Sequence record: ON528725
DNA: 64,000 nucleotides
Reading direction: 5' to 3' (one strand)
Source: Shigella phage ESh15
Shown: positions 33,029-42,237 of the stretch, piece after piece
Layout of the letters: each line of letters opens with the position of its first letter
Position numbering within the stretch: position 1 is the first letter of the stretch
Position numbers and translations under genes: made by a program
Notes under the pieces: model-generated
What the model was told of the DNA's origin: nothing
What the model saw: the letters and a program-made list of their open reading frames with translations, nothing else
Database searches by the model: none

Positions 33029-33489
33029 TAGTAAAGGTCCTCAGAGTAAAGTTCTTTTTCATTACCACCACGTTCAATACGTACTTGTCCAGCGTAAGTT
33101 GCAATAATCATTGCTTCTTCACGTGTCCAATAATTACTATATTGGTCAATAAACCCTTGGTCATCATCACAAACTTGTTGAGTAACTAATTGAGGTTTAA
33201 CTACATCTAAAACTTCTGCCATATCTTTAGAATAATGACGAGCACCTGGAATAATAAGAGTTCGTCCATCTTTTAATTTAAAACGGTTGGCTGCACAGAC
33301 AATTCGTCGTTGATACTTTTGGTTTTCATCCCAATACAAAGTCTGCCAACAGATTTCAGGAACTTCATCTAAAACATTTTGTTCTGTATATTCACCACCA
33401 TAAGAAGCTAATTTAGCAGCCAGACTTTCCGGGGTCTCACGCGACAAAGCTTTATCTAACAGAGCTAAACGTTCTTTAAAAGTTTTCAT
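33028..33489 (-). CDS. hypothetical protein (153 aa)
   Basis: Track ORF, arn.x position. Confidence 0.4.
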   Translation of the reverse strand: MKTFKERLALLDKALSRETPESLAAKLASYGGEYTEQNVLDEVPEICWQTLYWDENQKYQRRIVCAANRFKLKDGRTLIIPGARHYSKDMAEVLDVVKPQLVTQQVCDDDQGFIDQYSNYWTREEAMIIATYAGQVRIERGGNEKELYSEDLY

Positions 33490-33815
33490 TTAAACCATCC
33501 TTTAATACGTTGCCAAATAGATTTTTGTGATTGTTTATTTACACCAATCGAACGAATAACCGGTTGTGACTGCTGATATTCTTTATAATCTTCTTTATAG
33601 ATTTCGTAAGCTGCATCAACAAATGAACTGATCGCTGCCATGTAGTTTTTACGAAGGCCAAATGGCGCGTCATTATTTTCACGAATAACCGTATATTGGC
33701 CTGCTTTAATCTTTACAATTGTCCCTAAATAAGCCCCGTGGTACCAAATATCCCATCCTTCCTGAGTAGGTTCTGCACATTTACGAAGTTCGTTAATAAT
33801 ATTCAGCTTATTCAT
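33486..33815 (-). CDS. hypothetical protein (109 aa)
   Basis: Track ORF, arn.x position. Confidence 0.4.
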   Translation of the reverse strand: MNKLNIINELRKCAEPTQEGWDIWYHGAYLGTIVKIKAGQYTVIRENNDAPFGLRKNYMAAISSFVDAAYEIYKEDYKEYQQSQPVIRSIGVNKQSQKSIWQRIKGWFK

Positions 33816-33825
33816 TATGTATTCC

Positions 33826-34458
33826 TCACAGTACGTTAGTTACAAGGGTAATGATTTCTTTGGACACATTAGGGAAGTCAATGTAAGTATATTTACCACC
33901 GATTTTAATCTTAACATCATTTTCAAGAGAAGTAAACAGCTTTGATTCAGTTTCTGACATGTTGTATGCAAAGATTCTAAGAGCGCCATCTCGTCGAATT
34001 TCAATTTGGCGAATACCTAGAACTCGTTTTGCAAATCGAACTTCCAAGTTACTACGGTTTTCACCAATTTCTTTAACTTCAACTTTATCTTTAATATTTT
34101 CAAAAACAAAGTTTGCTAATTCATGCATTTCAGGAGTAACTCCACGTGCTTTTCTGGTGTTACGTTTCTGAAGAAGTTCTGGAGCATTTTCTTGGGCAAA
34201 GAGGTCTGCAGCTTTTTGGATAATATCCATTGCTTCGCCTGTTGCTACAAGTCCATCACCGGATTTTTCGACTAAACCTTTCTTAATCAATACACCAATG
34301 TTAGAGTTAACAACTGATGCATTGTATTCTGCTTCCAGAGCTTCACGGACATTGGCAGCAGTGGTGAAGTTGTTCTTAATGATATAAACCATTATTGCAG
34401 CAGTTTTTTCATTCAGAGCGTTTTCAGAAGCTTTGATGATGTAAGTAACTTTAGACAT
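33826..34458 (-). CDS. motA: middle-transcription activator MotA
   Basis: 210 aa; close to recalled T4 MotA. Confidence 0.9.
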   Translation of the reverse strand: MSKVTYIIKASENALNEKTAAIMVYIIKNNFTTAANVREALEAEYNASVVNSNIGVLIKKGLVEKSGDGLVATGEAMDIIQKAADLFAQENAPELLQKRNTRKARGVTPEMHELANFVFENIKDKVEVKEIGENRSNLEVRFAKRVLGIRQIEIRRDGALRIFAYNMSETESKLFTSLENDVKIKIGGKYTYIDFPNVSKEIITLVTNVL

Positions 34459-34495
34459 TTTATTTCTCCAAATTAGTATTTGTTTTGATAGGTCT

Positions 34496-34524
34496 ATAAT
34501 ATCATGTTTGAAGCAAAAGTAAAC
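34496..34524 (-). promoter_or_regulatory. early promoter (GTTTAC-N17-TATTAT) for motA
   Basis: Plus-strand gtaaac at 34519-34524 and ataata at 34496-34501 read as -35/-10 on the minus strand. Confidence 0.5.
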
Positions 34525-34561
34525 TTTATTTTGGGCTCTTTTTCAAAAGCCCTGGTAAAAT

Positions 34562-34777
34562 TTACAAACTCATTTCTTTAATAAGGCTAATAAGTTTTGC
34601 CTTTTTAGAACGAAGCTTTTCTAAATGATGTCCATTTGAACCGCGAACAACTAAAGAATTGATTTCAACTTCTAAGAAATTTAATTCTTCAACAAGTGCT
34701 TTACGTAGAGCATTCATACCAGGTTTAACTTTACCGAAACGAGTAGTTGTGTTTTGGGTTAATTTCATTTTAGACAT
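34562..34777 (-). CDS. hypothetical protein (71 aa, motA.1 position)
   Basis: Track ORF preceded by a near-duplicate of the motA promoter cassette. Confidence 0.4.
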   Translation of the reverse strand: MSKMKLTQNTTTRFGKVKPGMNALRKALVEELNFLEVEINSLVVRGSNGHHLEKLRSKKAKLISLIKEMSL

Positions 34778-34826
34778 TTTATTTCTCCAATTTGGTTGTT
34801 TTGTTTTGATAGGTCTATAATATCAT

Positions 34827-34855
34827 GTTTGAAGCACATGTAAACTGTTTTGTGA
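34827..34855 (-). promoter_or_regulatory. early promoter, near-identical copy of the motA promoter cassette
   Basis: About 45 bp TTGTTTTGATAGGTCTATAATATCATG...GTAAAC repeated at 34479-34524 and 34809-34855. Confidence 0.5.
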
Positions 34856-34861
34856 GAAAAA

Positions 34862-34886
34862 ATGCACAAAAGGGAGCCGAAGCTCC
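34862..34886 (-). terminator. intrinsic terminator downstream of gene 52
   Basis: GGGAGC-UUCG-GCUCCC hairpin followed by UUUUGUG. Confidence 0.65.
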
Positions 34887-34963
34887 CTAATCGCGATTGT
34901 CCAACCAATACAGCCAAATCACTAGTACAGCTATTGCACCGAGAAATCCTAAGGCTAGGGCAC

Positions 34964-36289
34964 TCAAAGTGCCTCCAAGTCTTTAGTGTACTCTGTCACA
35001 ACATCAGTAGACTTCCAATACTCATTTTCTTCTTTCTTAGCTTTAGCTTCTTCTGCTAGTTTACGTGCTTCATCGGAAGTGATATGGAAGATGTTAAGAC
35101 CTACCAGTTTATCGACATGTTCTTTATACATTTCTATTTGTGCTAGCTCTTCAGTCAAAGCTTTACGAGTCTTGCCCTGAATCACAATTTCGCCATTGAT
35201 AACTTTTTTGATGAAGTGTGCCTTAGCAAAAGCAAGTTTAAATGCTTTTTCAGATTCAAGGATTTTGTTGTCAATACGTTTCTGAACGTAAGTCTTACGG
35301 ACTTCAACAAAATCTTTGATTAAGTCTACTACATTATCGTAGACCGCTAATTTACCCTTTTCATTAATCACTGTGATGTTTTGTGAACGACGTTCGATGA
35401 GGCTAAAATCTTTCATGATTTTTTCATGACGTAGCTCTTCATCGTCTGGAAGCGAGTACTCTTTACGGAACTTCACCTTAAACCCAAAGCCGTGTTCACC
35501 ACAATCATCTTCCCATGAGATTAGACCTTTATCTTCTAATGGGTCAAGAACCTTACTCACATACGTTTCACGGTCGAATTTATATGGTATTTCGGTTATC
35601 TGCATTTGAGTACGAGATGTGAACTTATATGTTCCGTGAATCTCATAACGCCCATCAACTTCATGCACTTCACCACGGAATTCTGGAAATTCAACTTTTG
35701 GCTTAGCGACATTTTTACCTTGAAGAGCTTGTAATACAGCCTTTTTGACAGATTTAAAACTATGAGGCAGAATATTTGTTGCGTAACCGGTTGCAATACC
35801 AGAGACACCATTCAAAAGAACTGTCGGAATAATAGGAAGATAGAATTTTGGTGGAACGTGTTCTTTATCTTCATGAGCTGGAGCATATTCAGTATCTTTA
35901 TAGACATTATAGAAATTTTTACTTACACGAGCAAAAATATAACGAGATGCTGCAGCTTTTTGGACTGTTCGAGAACCAAAGTTGCCTTGACCATCTAATA
36001 GTGGATAGTTGTTATTCCATGTGTTAGCCATCAATGCACCTGCATCTTGTGCAGAAGATTCACCATGGTGATAACCTAAATCTGCAACACCGCCTGCAAT
36101 TGACGCAAGTTTATGAAATTTTTCTTTATTACCACGAGCCAAATCTAATGCACGATGAACCACAAAACGTTGAACCGGCTTAAATCCATCAATCATATTT
36201 GGGATTGCACGGTTTTCAACGGTGTACATCGCATATGCTAAGGCTTCGTTATCAATAATACTTTTTAGATTACGAGAATTCAATTGCAT
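34964..36289 (-). CDS. 52: DNA topoisomerase II medium subunit gp52
   Basis: 441 aa; close to recalled T4 gp52 (GyrA-like breakage-reunion domain). Confidence 0.95.
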   Translation of the reverse strand: MQLNSRNLKSIIDNEALAYAMYTVENRAIPNMIDGFKPVQRFVVHRALDLARGNKEKFHKLASIAGGVADLGYHHGESSAQDAGALMANTWNNNYPLLDGQGNFGSRTVQKAAASRYIFARVSKNFYNVYKDTEYAPAHEDKEHVPPKFYLPIIPTVLLNGVSGIATGYATNILPHSFKSVKKAVLQALQGKNVAKPKVEFPEFRGEVHEVDGRYEIHGTYKFTSRTQMQITEIPYKFDRETYVSKVLDPLEDKGLISWEDDCGEHGFGFKVKFRKEYSLPDDEELRHEKIMKDFSLIERRSQNITVINEKGKLAVYDNVVDLIKDFVEVRKTYVQKRIDNKILESEKAFKLAFAKAHFIKKVINGEIVIQGKTRKALTEELAQIEMYKEHVDKLVGLNIFHITSDEARKLAEEAKAKKEENEYWKSTDVVTEYTKDLEAL

Positions 36290-36293
36290 ATTT

Positions 36294-36434
36294 TCACCAT
36301 ATTAATGAACGAATATCCATTATAACATCTGAAATGAAAAGCACTACTTGGATTAGTCCAAACATCACACCGTAGTACAGAACCGTAAGCAACAACAAGA
36401 GCCCGAAGGCTCCTGCTAAGATTTTCTTAATCAT
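36294..36434 (-). CDS. 46-aa membrane peptide at ac position (acridine-sensitivity-like)
   Basis: Hand-translated MIKKILAGAFGLLLLLTVLYYGVMF...; stop 5 nt before gene 52 ATG; ATG overlaps upstream stop (TAATG). Confidence 0.4.
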   Translation of the reverse strand: MIKKILAGAFGLLLLLTVLYYGVMFGLIQVVLFISDVIMDIRSLIW

Positions 36435-36580
36435 TACTCGCCTTTTAACACGTTAAAAAGAGCTAAGACCGCTAAGGTGCCTTGTGATACGGCCTGTTGA
36501 AATACCGTTGTTTCGCCTGTAACTAAAGTGTTAACGAATAAAAACGACCAACACAACAATGCAATAATCCATGATACCAT
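36434..36580 (-). CDS. 48-aa hydrophobic peptide
   Basis: Hand-translated MVSWIIALLCWSFLFVNTLVTGE...; RBS GAGGT. Confidence 0.3.
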   Translation of the reverse strand: MVSWIIALLCWSFLFVNTLVTGETTVFQQAVSQGTLAVLALFNVLKGE

Positions 36581-36632
36581 TTTAATTACCTCAAAAATAA
36601 ATTAAAGGCCTAACTTAATAGGCCTGTATAAA

Positions 36633-37079
36633 TTAGTAACTCTGCAGAATGAATTTGAAATTATCGGCCAGAAGACGGTTCATTTCAGTGAGTGTTTGAT
36701 ATTCTGATGTATGGTTGCGAGTGAACGCTAGAGCCAATTGTCCTTTACCATAACCAGTAGTCAGAGGTTTCATGTTCTTAGCTGAAACAAAGATTACATC
36801 GTATTCAATATTGTTAGTGCCCATGGTACGAGCCAGTTGTGAACGGCCTTGACGAATGTGAGAAAGAATTGCATCCAACCCTTGTTTAGAACGTTGACGT
36901 CCTACAAAGAATCGTGCTGCTACTTGACGCCAGTCAGATGAACCTTTAACAAAGAAGTAAAAACCTTCACGAGAACGAAACTCTTTAGAAACTTCAGAAC
37001 CATATTCGCCATTACGAACTACTGCAACAACTTCACCGCCAACTGCCAGAAGGTCTTTACGAGTTAAATATTTGGTCAT
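36633..37079 (-). CDS. ndd: nucleoid disruption protein Ndd
   Basis: 148 aa; C-terminal [38 protein letters not shown] matches recalled T4 Ndd. Confidence 0.85.
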   Translation of the reverse strand: MTKYLTRKDLLAVGGEVVAVVRNGEYGSEVSKEFRSREGFYFFVKGSSDWRQVAARFFVGRQRSKQGLDAILSHIRQGRSQLARTMGTNNIEYDVIFVSAKNMKPLTTGYGKGQLALAFTRNHTSEYQTLTEMNRLLADNFKFILQSY

Positions 37080-37155
37080 GCTAATTTCCTCAATTGATTA
37101 ATGTTTTTGTAATCCATGAGAGCATTATACTCTGCTCTCAAGAGTTTGTACAATT

Positions 37156-37356
37156 TTATTCAGTAATATCAGAACGTTCAAAAAGCTCTTCAACAGTTAA
37201 ACATTCGGTGTCATCTTCAATAAAGAATCGAGTCCAACACGTTGGGGCGATACAGTTATGAGTTTGTCCTGCGATAGAAGCTACACGAATAAGCTGCTGA
37301 CCATTATTCAGAACAAATTTTTCACCAATTTCAACATCTTTAAAAAGCTTAGCCAT
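37156..37356 (-). CDS. hypothetical protein (66 aa)
   Basis: Track ORF, ndd.x position. Confidence 0.4.
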   Translation of the reverse strand: MAKLFKDVEIGEKFVLNNGQQLIRVASIAGQTHNCIAPTCWTRFFIEDDTECLTVEELFERSDITE

Positions 37357-37416
37357 TTTGTGTTCCTCATGTTTTGATAGGACTACTATACCATAATCCT
37401 ACCGTAATGTAAACAA

Positions 37417-37527
37417 TTAAATTACGTTAAAATATGTTAAAGCCAACCATGTTCCAGTGAACGAACATGCAATGTAAAAACCAGTATCACAAATTGTTCT
37501 TAGTACAATAAGAAGTGCATTTTTCAT
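37417..37527 (-). CDS. 36-aa hydrophobic micro-ORF
   Basis: Hand-translated MKNALLIVLRTICDTGFYIACSF...; ATG overlaps upstream stop (ATGA). Confidence 0.25.
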   Translation of the reverse strand: MKNALLIVLRTICDTGFYIACSFTGTWLALTYFNVI

Positions 37528-37610
37528 AAGTACCTCAATGCAATTGAAAATATTATACAAATCATAGGGATACTAAGCAACCATATTCCGATCCACATTT
37601 TAGAACTCAT
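37524..37610 (-). CDS. 28-aa hydrophobic micro-ORF
   Basis: Hand-translated MSSKMWIGIWLLSIPMICIIFSIALRYL; ATG overlaps stop of 37607-37870 (ATGA). Confidence 0.25.
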   Translation of the reverse strand: MSSKMWIGIWLLSIPMICIIFSIALRYL

Positions 37611-37870
37611 ATCTCAACTTCCGCGAGTTCCATATATCCTTTGTTGATAACCTCTTTAAGGTCTTTAGAAAGAATAACACCAAAATGGTCGTTCATATGT
37701 CCATTAACCAGACGAGTTATTTCGGCTTCAGATGACATATAAGGCACGTCCGAGTCCCAATGAGATAGACCTAAATGGGTATAAATCATCCCTTCGTCAT
37801 CTGCGGTGTTGTACATTGAAACAAATTCGCCGGTTACTTTATGTTTTGCGTAGAAAAATTTAAATTTCAT
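37607..37870 (-). CDS. hypothetical protein (87 aa)
   Basis: Track ORF, ndd.x position. Confidence 0.4.
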   Translation of the reverse strand: MKFKFFYAKHKVTGEFVSMYNTADDEGMIYTHLGLSHWDSDVPYMSSEAEITRLVNGHMNDHFGVILSKDLKEVINKGYMELAEVEI

Positions 37871-37938
37871 GATGTTATCCTCTTTTAGATAGGACTACTG
37901 TATCATAGTCCTACTTAGTTGTAAACACTTTTATGAAA

Positions 37939-38559
37939 TTAAAGTTGAAGATACCATCCGTTGTAGTTGCTCTTGCGGACGATTTTCTTTAGGTCTTCAT
38001 GGTCTCCCACGAACTTTATAGAATAAGAGAAGACGTCAGGTGAGGTTTCTTTGACATTCAATATAATAATACAGTCTGCAACTCGATGATTCAGGAAGGG
38101 CCCTATGTTGATTCCGTTGCCACCTGGATAATCACCGCTGTATCCTGTGGTAACAGAAATCCATTTAGAATCCATCTGATGTGTCTTGACTTCTACACGA
38201 ATTCCACAATATTTAGGATGGGCTAACACGTCCCACGCATATGTGTACGGGTCTTCTACGTCTTCATTACCTTTATTAACATATCCGTCTAGCCAATTTG
38301 CTACTACATACTCTGCAAAGACTGCAACCTTACAACGTCGAACTACATCTTCTTTGTTTTGGTCTGGATTTTGGCTCAGGGAATACCGAGCAGTGTCAGC
38401 AATCTTCACTTTCATTTCACTAGTCAAAAACTCATTCGACAGGATAAATGTCGGAAGATTCTTCAGTCTCAACAGTCCCAAGTTCGTCTTTACCATAGAT
38501 ACCTCTGATGTGTAGTTCGCCAAAATAAATGCGGTCACCTTCTTCAAGATATTCAGCAT
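37939..38559 (-). CDS. protein at denB position (possible endonuclease IV; start uncertain)
   Basis: Position between ndd.x ORFs and rIIB as T4 denB; internal Met at 38496 would give 185 aa; sequence identity not confirmed. Confidence 0.35.
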   Translation of the reverse strand: MLNILKKVTAFILANYTSEVSMVKTNLGLLRLKNLPTFILSNEFLTSEMKVKIADTARYSLSQNPDQNKEDVVRRCKVAVFAEYVVANWLDGYVNKGNEDVEDPYTYAWDVLAHPKYCGIRVEVKTHQMDSKWISVTTGYSGDYPGGNGINIGPFLNHRVADCIIILNVKETSPDVFSYSIKFVGDHEDLKKIVRKSNYNGWYLQL

Positions 38560-38758
38560 CTACAGGTGGAATTTCATTAACAACTTCGTCACATTCTAAC
38601 CAGCCATAGTGTGCATCACCAGGATGTTTTACTAATTTAGCACAATAAACTGATTTACACTTATGATGACCACGAAGATTAGCAATTTTGGATTCTGATA
38701 CGTCAAATGGATGAATCATAATTACCCCTAAAGAAAAAAAGGGGACCGAAGTCCCCAA
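38432..38758 (-). CDS. hypothetical protein (denB.1 position)
   Basis: Track ORF directly downstream of rIIB. Confidence 0.35.
   Translation of the reverse strand: MGTSVPFFSLGVIMIHPFDVSESKIANLRGHHKCKSVYCAKLVKHPGDAHYGWLECDEVVNEIPPVDAEYLEEGDRIYFGELHIRGIYGKDELGTVETEESSDIYPVE
38731..38756 (-). terminator. intrinsic terminator downstream of rIIB
   Basis: GGGGAC-UUCG-GUCCCC hairpin followed by UUUUUUUCUU. Confidence 0.7.
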
Positions 38759-38761
38759 TTA

Positions 38762-39709
38762 TTATTCTGCAAATAATTCAGTAACGTCTGAAATTACTTC
38801 ATAACGACAAGTACGCATCTTAGCATCACCGTAGTCAACCGGGATTGATACAACATCACGTGGATGAACTTTAACCTTAACAACTTTATCTGAGCTTGAA
38901 CCAAAGTGGCGAATATAAGATTTAGCACAAACATGTAGACCACGGGAACAAGTTTGAGTATCATCATCGTTAACACGAGTACGAGGCATTGAAACAACTT
39001 TACCTGGGGAGTTATCAAATGTACCACTATAACAGTCTAAATAGTCCTTACGAACTACTTTCCACGCATAGAAATACCCATCTTCAGTGATTTCAATATC
39101 ATTTGCAACCAAGAAGTCGAATAAACGTTGTACAGCTTTTTCGCTTGGGTTTTCTAACAGGTTTTCAAGGAACGGCAGATAGAATTTAAAGTCTTCGCCT
39201 TTTTCCATGGAATCAATAATACGATTAACCAGTCCTGAACGAATTTCTATACCTTGATAAAATAAACTACCACCTTCAATAGTAACATTACCATCAACAA
39301 ACTTACTAATAGCTTTCTTGATGTTAATAAGTTCGACAGCTTTACTAAGGTTTCCTGCGACCAGATTAGCTTTAATTTCTTCAAAATTTGCATGGCTTGA
39401 TGGGGTCGCATTGTATGCTACGCGTCCTTCAATAATTGAAATAAATTTAGATGACGCGTTCCATACGATTTCAGGACGATGTCCGCCGATAATAGGTTCA
39501 TCATTTTCTGGAACTTCTTCGATTACATAAGAGGCATCGTTTGCTTCAGGGACAACGCCTTCTGCTTTAAAATTCTTAACAATCTTACGAAGAGTATCTG
39601 TTGAAATGTCGAAGTAATCGGCAATTTCTTTACGAGTCCATTTGCCTGATTCAACCAGGCCGTAAGCTTCTAACTGTTCTTCTTGGGACAAGCATTTGAT
39701 ATTGTACAT
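38762..39709 (-). CDS. rIIB: rIIB
   Basis: 315 aa; C-terminal half near-identical to recalled T4 rIIB. Confidence 0.92.
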   Translation of the reverse strand: MYNIKCLSQEEQLEAYGLVESGKWTRKEIADYFDISTDTLRKIVKNFKAEGVVPEANDASYVIEEVPENDEPIIGGHRPEIVWNASSKFISIIEGRVAYNATPSSHANFEEIKANLVAGNLSKAVELINIKKAISKFVDGNVTIEGGSLFYQGIEIRSGLVNRIIDSMEKGEDFKFYLPFLENLLENPSEKAVQRLFDFLVANDIEITEDGYFYAWKVVRKDYLDCYSGTFDNSPGKVVSMPRTRVNDDDTQTCSRGLHVCAKSYIRHFGSSSDKVVKVKVHPRDVVSIPVDYGDAKMRTCRYEVISDVTELFAE

Positions 39710-39718
39710 AATGTTTCC

Positions 39719-41932
39719 TTATTTGGCCGCTTCTACGGCCTTCATGAATTTAACGATTTGAGCGACCTGTTCTTTAGAAAGAGTACCACGTCGTCCCATG
39801 TATTCTGACACAATATGATAATTGGTTTCGAATTCAATAACCATTTTATCATCATTATCGTAAGCATTATCTTTAAGCTTATCGAAAATTTTAGCACACA
39901 ATTCTAACTTCCTGTTAAGGTCTCTGTTATCAGCACCTGCGAATCGATTCCATCCCCAACGATTATTTACTGTTGAGAGTTTTGCAAAATCTTTACTGAT
40001 TTCTTTGTTTTTAGAGCTAAAATACTTACTAAGGAAGTTAAGCTCTTCATTACGAGTAATATGATTCAAATAAGGTTGAGCTCTACGACTTGGTGATACA
40101 TACTCATCATAATCCACTTTATCGATTAGCGTAATATAGTCATTAATTGATTTTTCGAACAAGCATTCTACTTCACCAAGTTTACGAACTTTCTTAGCAA
40201 TCTGTGGACGAACTACAGTGAACTCTTTAATACCTGACAAATCAGCAATACGAGTCAAGAAATTGGAGTCATAGTTCAACCAACCTTTATCTGCATCAAG
40301 ACATTCAGCATTAGAACGATTACGAACTATAGCATAACCTTGGATTTCATCTGCTTCACTCGCCGGAATAAAGAGGTCTTCTGATACCCAAACATTGTTT
40401 TCATTCTTAAAGAATCGATGAGCACTTGGCGATTTAGGACGAGGCTCATTAGTCCGTTTCCTGACTTCAATCCATGGCTTAACGATTTGTAAAAGCTCTG
40501 AAGTCTTGTACATGTTAATGTTGTCGCCATCAAAGATAACTTTAAGGCGTTCCAGAAGTTTCATTGCATCTTCGTCTGTAGGGTCAACGAATAGTACGCT
40601 TTTACCAAAACCGCGTGGAACTTTACCAGTTAATTTAACCTCGTCTTTAGACATTTCAATTGAATTAAGAGCTCGCATTAATGGAACGCGTCCCTTAACG
40701 TCGTCAATAACAATTTCAACATTTTTAATGTTAATGCCAATCAGACTGTTAATTGAAATGGTTGCCGTTGAGCTACCGCTTTCACGAATACGACGAAGAC
40801 GAGGGGATTCAACGATATCGTATACGACACCAAGATTACACCACTCAGGCCCCATTTTAAAACGTTTATACAACTCAGAATAAGTTAGTTGTTCTTTAGA
40901 GTATTTCAGTGATTCAATATTAGACCCGGCCTTTTCCATGTATTTACGAGCGGTATAGCCAAGAGAATCAATTTCACGGAACACATGACGTGGGTATTTA
41001 CAATCAATCCATTTCTTAGAATCTTCAGCGAACAATTTAGCATCGATTTCTGCAACGCGTTTATGGATATTTGCTACTGTACGTTTATCAAATGACAATG
41101 CTTCACGAGACGGAGCTACATCTAGTTCACCCATAGGGAATTTAATATAAGCTGTAGTGCATCGTGTCATCATCCATGTTTGTTCTTTAATAACACTTCC
41201 GATTGGATATACAATACCGCCATAAACAGCCATGATATTACCACGTTCACCCCATGGAGCTTCCTTGGCCAAATATACATCGTCAAATTCAGGGAAGTAT
41301 TTAATATCTTTAACACCACGAACTTCTGCAATATCACCTAGAGGACGCATAACATATGCAATTTCGGATGCGAACTTTTCAAAATCTTCTGGGTTAACCG
41401 GTACAACTACTTCTACACCTGTACGGTCGTCAGGACCCATCTTATCTACAAAGGTCGGCTTAATTTGTGGACCTGTGTCATCTTGGTAGATTACGTAACC
41501 ACGAACTTCACCGTTGTGATAAGACGTAAGGTTAAACGTATCGGTATATGCTAGCGGAGCTTTAGAACCGAGTCCGAATCCACCAATGAAATCGTTACTA
41601 GATGTTTTAGTTGAAGCAAAATATGAGTTATAGATTCCTGGCTCTTCGTCATTACCTCTAATGGTGAAATCGCTCATACCAGGACCAAAGTCTCGAACTA
41701 CAAAGCGTGGGTCTAAACGACCTGGAGCCTGAACAATAAACTTATCAGTGCAACCATTAAGAATTTGTCCATCAATACAGTTTGTGATTAATTCACGTAC
41801 ACAAGCCAATTCTTTGTTTGTATAAAGGTCATTAGACAAAATCTTATAAACTTTGCTATTGCCTTGAATAGTGAATGCTGTGCTCTTACCGCCTGAACCA
41901 ATAATCGTTTCTTTAGACGTTTCAATAATCAT
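39719..41932 (-). CDS. rIIA: rIIA
   Basis: 737 aa; N-terminal GHKL-type ATPase-like region; size and position as T4 rIIA. Confidence 0.93.
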   Translation of the reverse strand: MIIETSKETIIGSGGKSTAFTIQGNSKVYKILSNDLYTNKELACVRELITNCIDGQILNGCTDKFIVQAPGRLDPRFVVRDFGPGMSDFTIRGNDEEPGIYNSYFASTKTSSNDFIGGFGLGSKAPLAYTDTFNLTSYHNGEVRGYVIYQDDTGPQIKPTFVDKMGPDDRTGVEVVVPVNPEDFEKFASEIAYVMRPLGDIAEVRGVKDIKYFPEFDDVYLAKEAPWGERGNIMAVYGGIVYPIGSVIKEQTWMMTRCTTAYIKFPMGELDVAPSREALSFDKRTVANIHKRVAEIDAKLFAEDSKKWIDCKYPRHVFREIDSLGYTARKYMEKAGSNIESLKYSKEQLTYSELYKRFKMGPEWCNLGVVYDIVESPRLRRIRESGSSTATISINSLIGINIKNVEIVIDDVKGRVPLMRALNSIEMSKDEVKLTGKVPRGFGKSVLFVDPTDEDAMKLLERLKVIFDGDNINMYKTSELLQIVKPWIEVRKRTNEPRPKSPSAHRFFKNENNVWVSEDLFIPASEADEIQGYAIVRNRSNAECLDADKGWLNYDSNFLTRIADLSGIKEFTVVRPQIAKKVRKLGEVECLFEKSINDYITLIDKVDYDEYVSPSRRAQPYLNHITRNEELNFLSKYFSSKNKEISKDFAKLSTVNNRWGWNRFAGADNRDLNRKLELCAKIFDKLKDNAYDNDDKMVIEFETNYHIVSEYMGRRGTLSKEQVAQIVKFMKAVEAAK

Positions 41933-41944
41933 ATTTTTCTCTCA

Positions 41945-42145
41945 TCACAAGTTACGTTTAAAAATTTCTGCTACTTCAAGAAGTTCTTCTTTAGTAGCTG
42001 TATCGGTTTGTATTTTATATCGAATTTCTTTAAAGCGTTCTTTAAAGGACTCTGCTGACTCGATATCAAAAAATCTTTGGATAAGCCGGAATTCCCGGAG
42101 TACTGCTTTATCAAAAAGTTCCAAGTCCACGTTATATGTTCTCAT
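41945..42145 (-). CDS. hypothetical protein (66 aa, rIIA.1 position)
   Basis: Track ORF. Confidence 0.45.
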   Translation of the reverse strand: MRTYNVDLELFDKAVLREFRLIQRFFDIESAESFKERFKEIRYKIQTDTATKEELLEVAEIFKRNL

Positions 42146-42165
42146 AATATTCTCTTCAGTAGATT

Positions 42166-42226
42166 CCTAGGGCACTATTACTAAAGACCATATAATCTAT
42201 CATCTTATGTGTAATAGTGCCTCAGG
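42166..42226 (-). other. 16-bp near-perfect inverted repeat stem-loop with 29-nt loop
   Basis: CCTAGGGCACTATTAC ... GTAATAGTGCCTCAGG between the glycosyltransferase gene and the rIIA.1-position ORF. Confidence 0.5.
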
Positions 42227-42237
42227 CTATTCAGGAT

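Noticed and set aside
36405-36420. Hairpin-like GAGCCCGAAGGCTC
   Set aside because: Falls inside the coding sequence of the ac-position peptide (encodes GAFGL); likely coincidental.
36581-36632. stp (26-aa) gene expected near ac and ndd
   Set aside because: No ORF matching the recalled Stp peptide was found in this 52-nt gap or nearby.
37891-37926. Promoter call for the TAGGACT...AGTCCTA inverted repeat upstream of 37607-37870
   Set aside because: A GTTTAC is present but no acceptable -10 at 16-18 nt spacing; retained only as an inverted repeat, not as a promoter.
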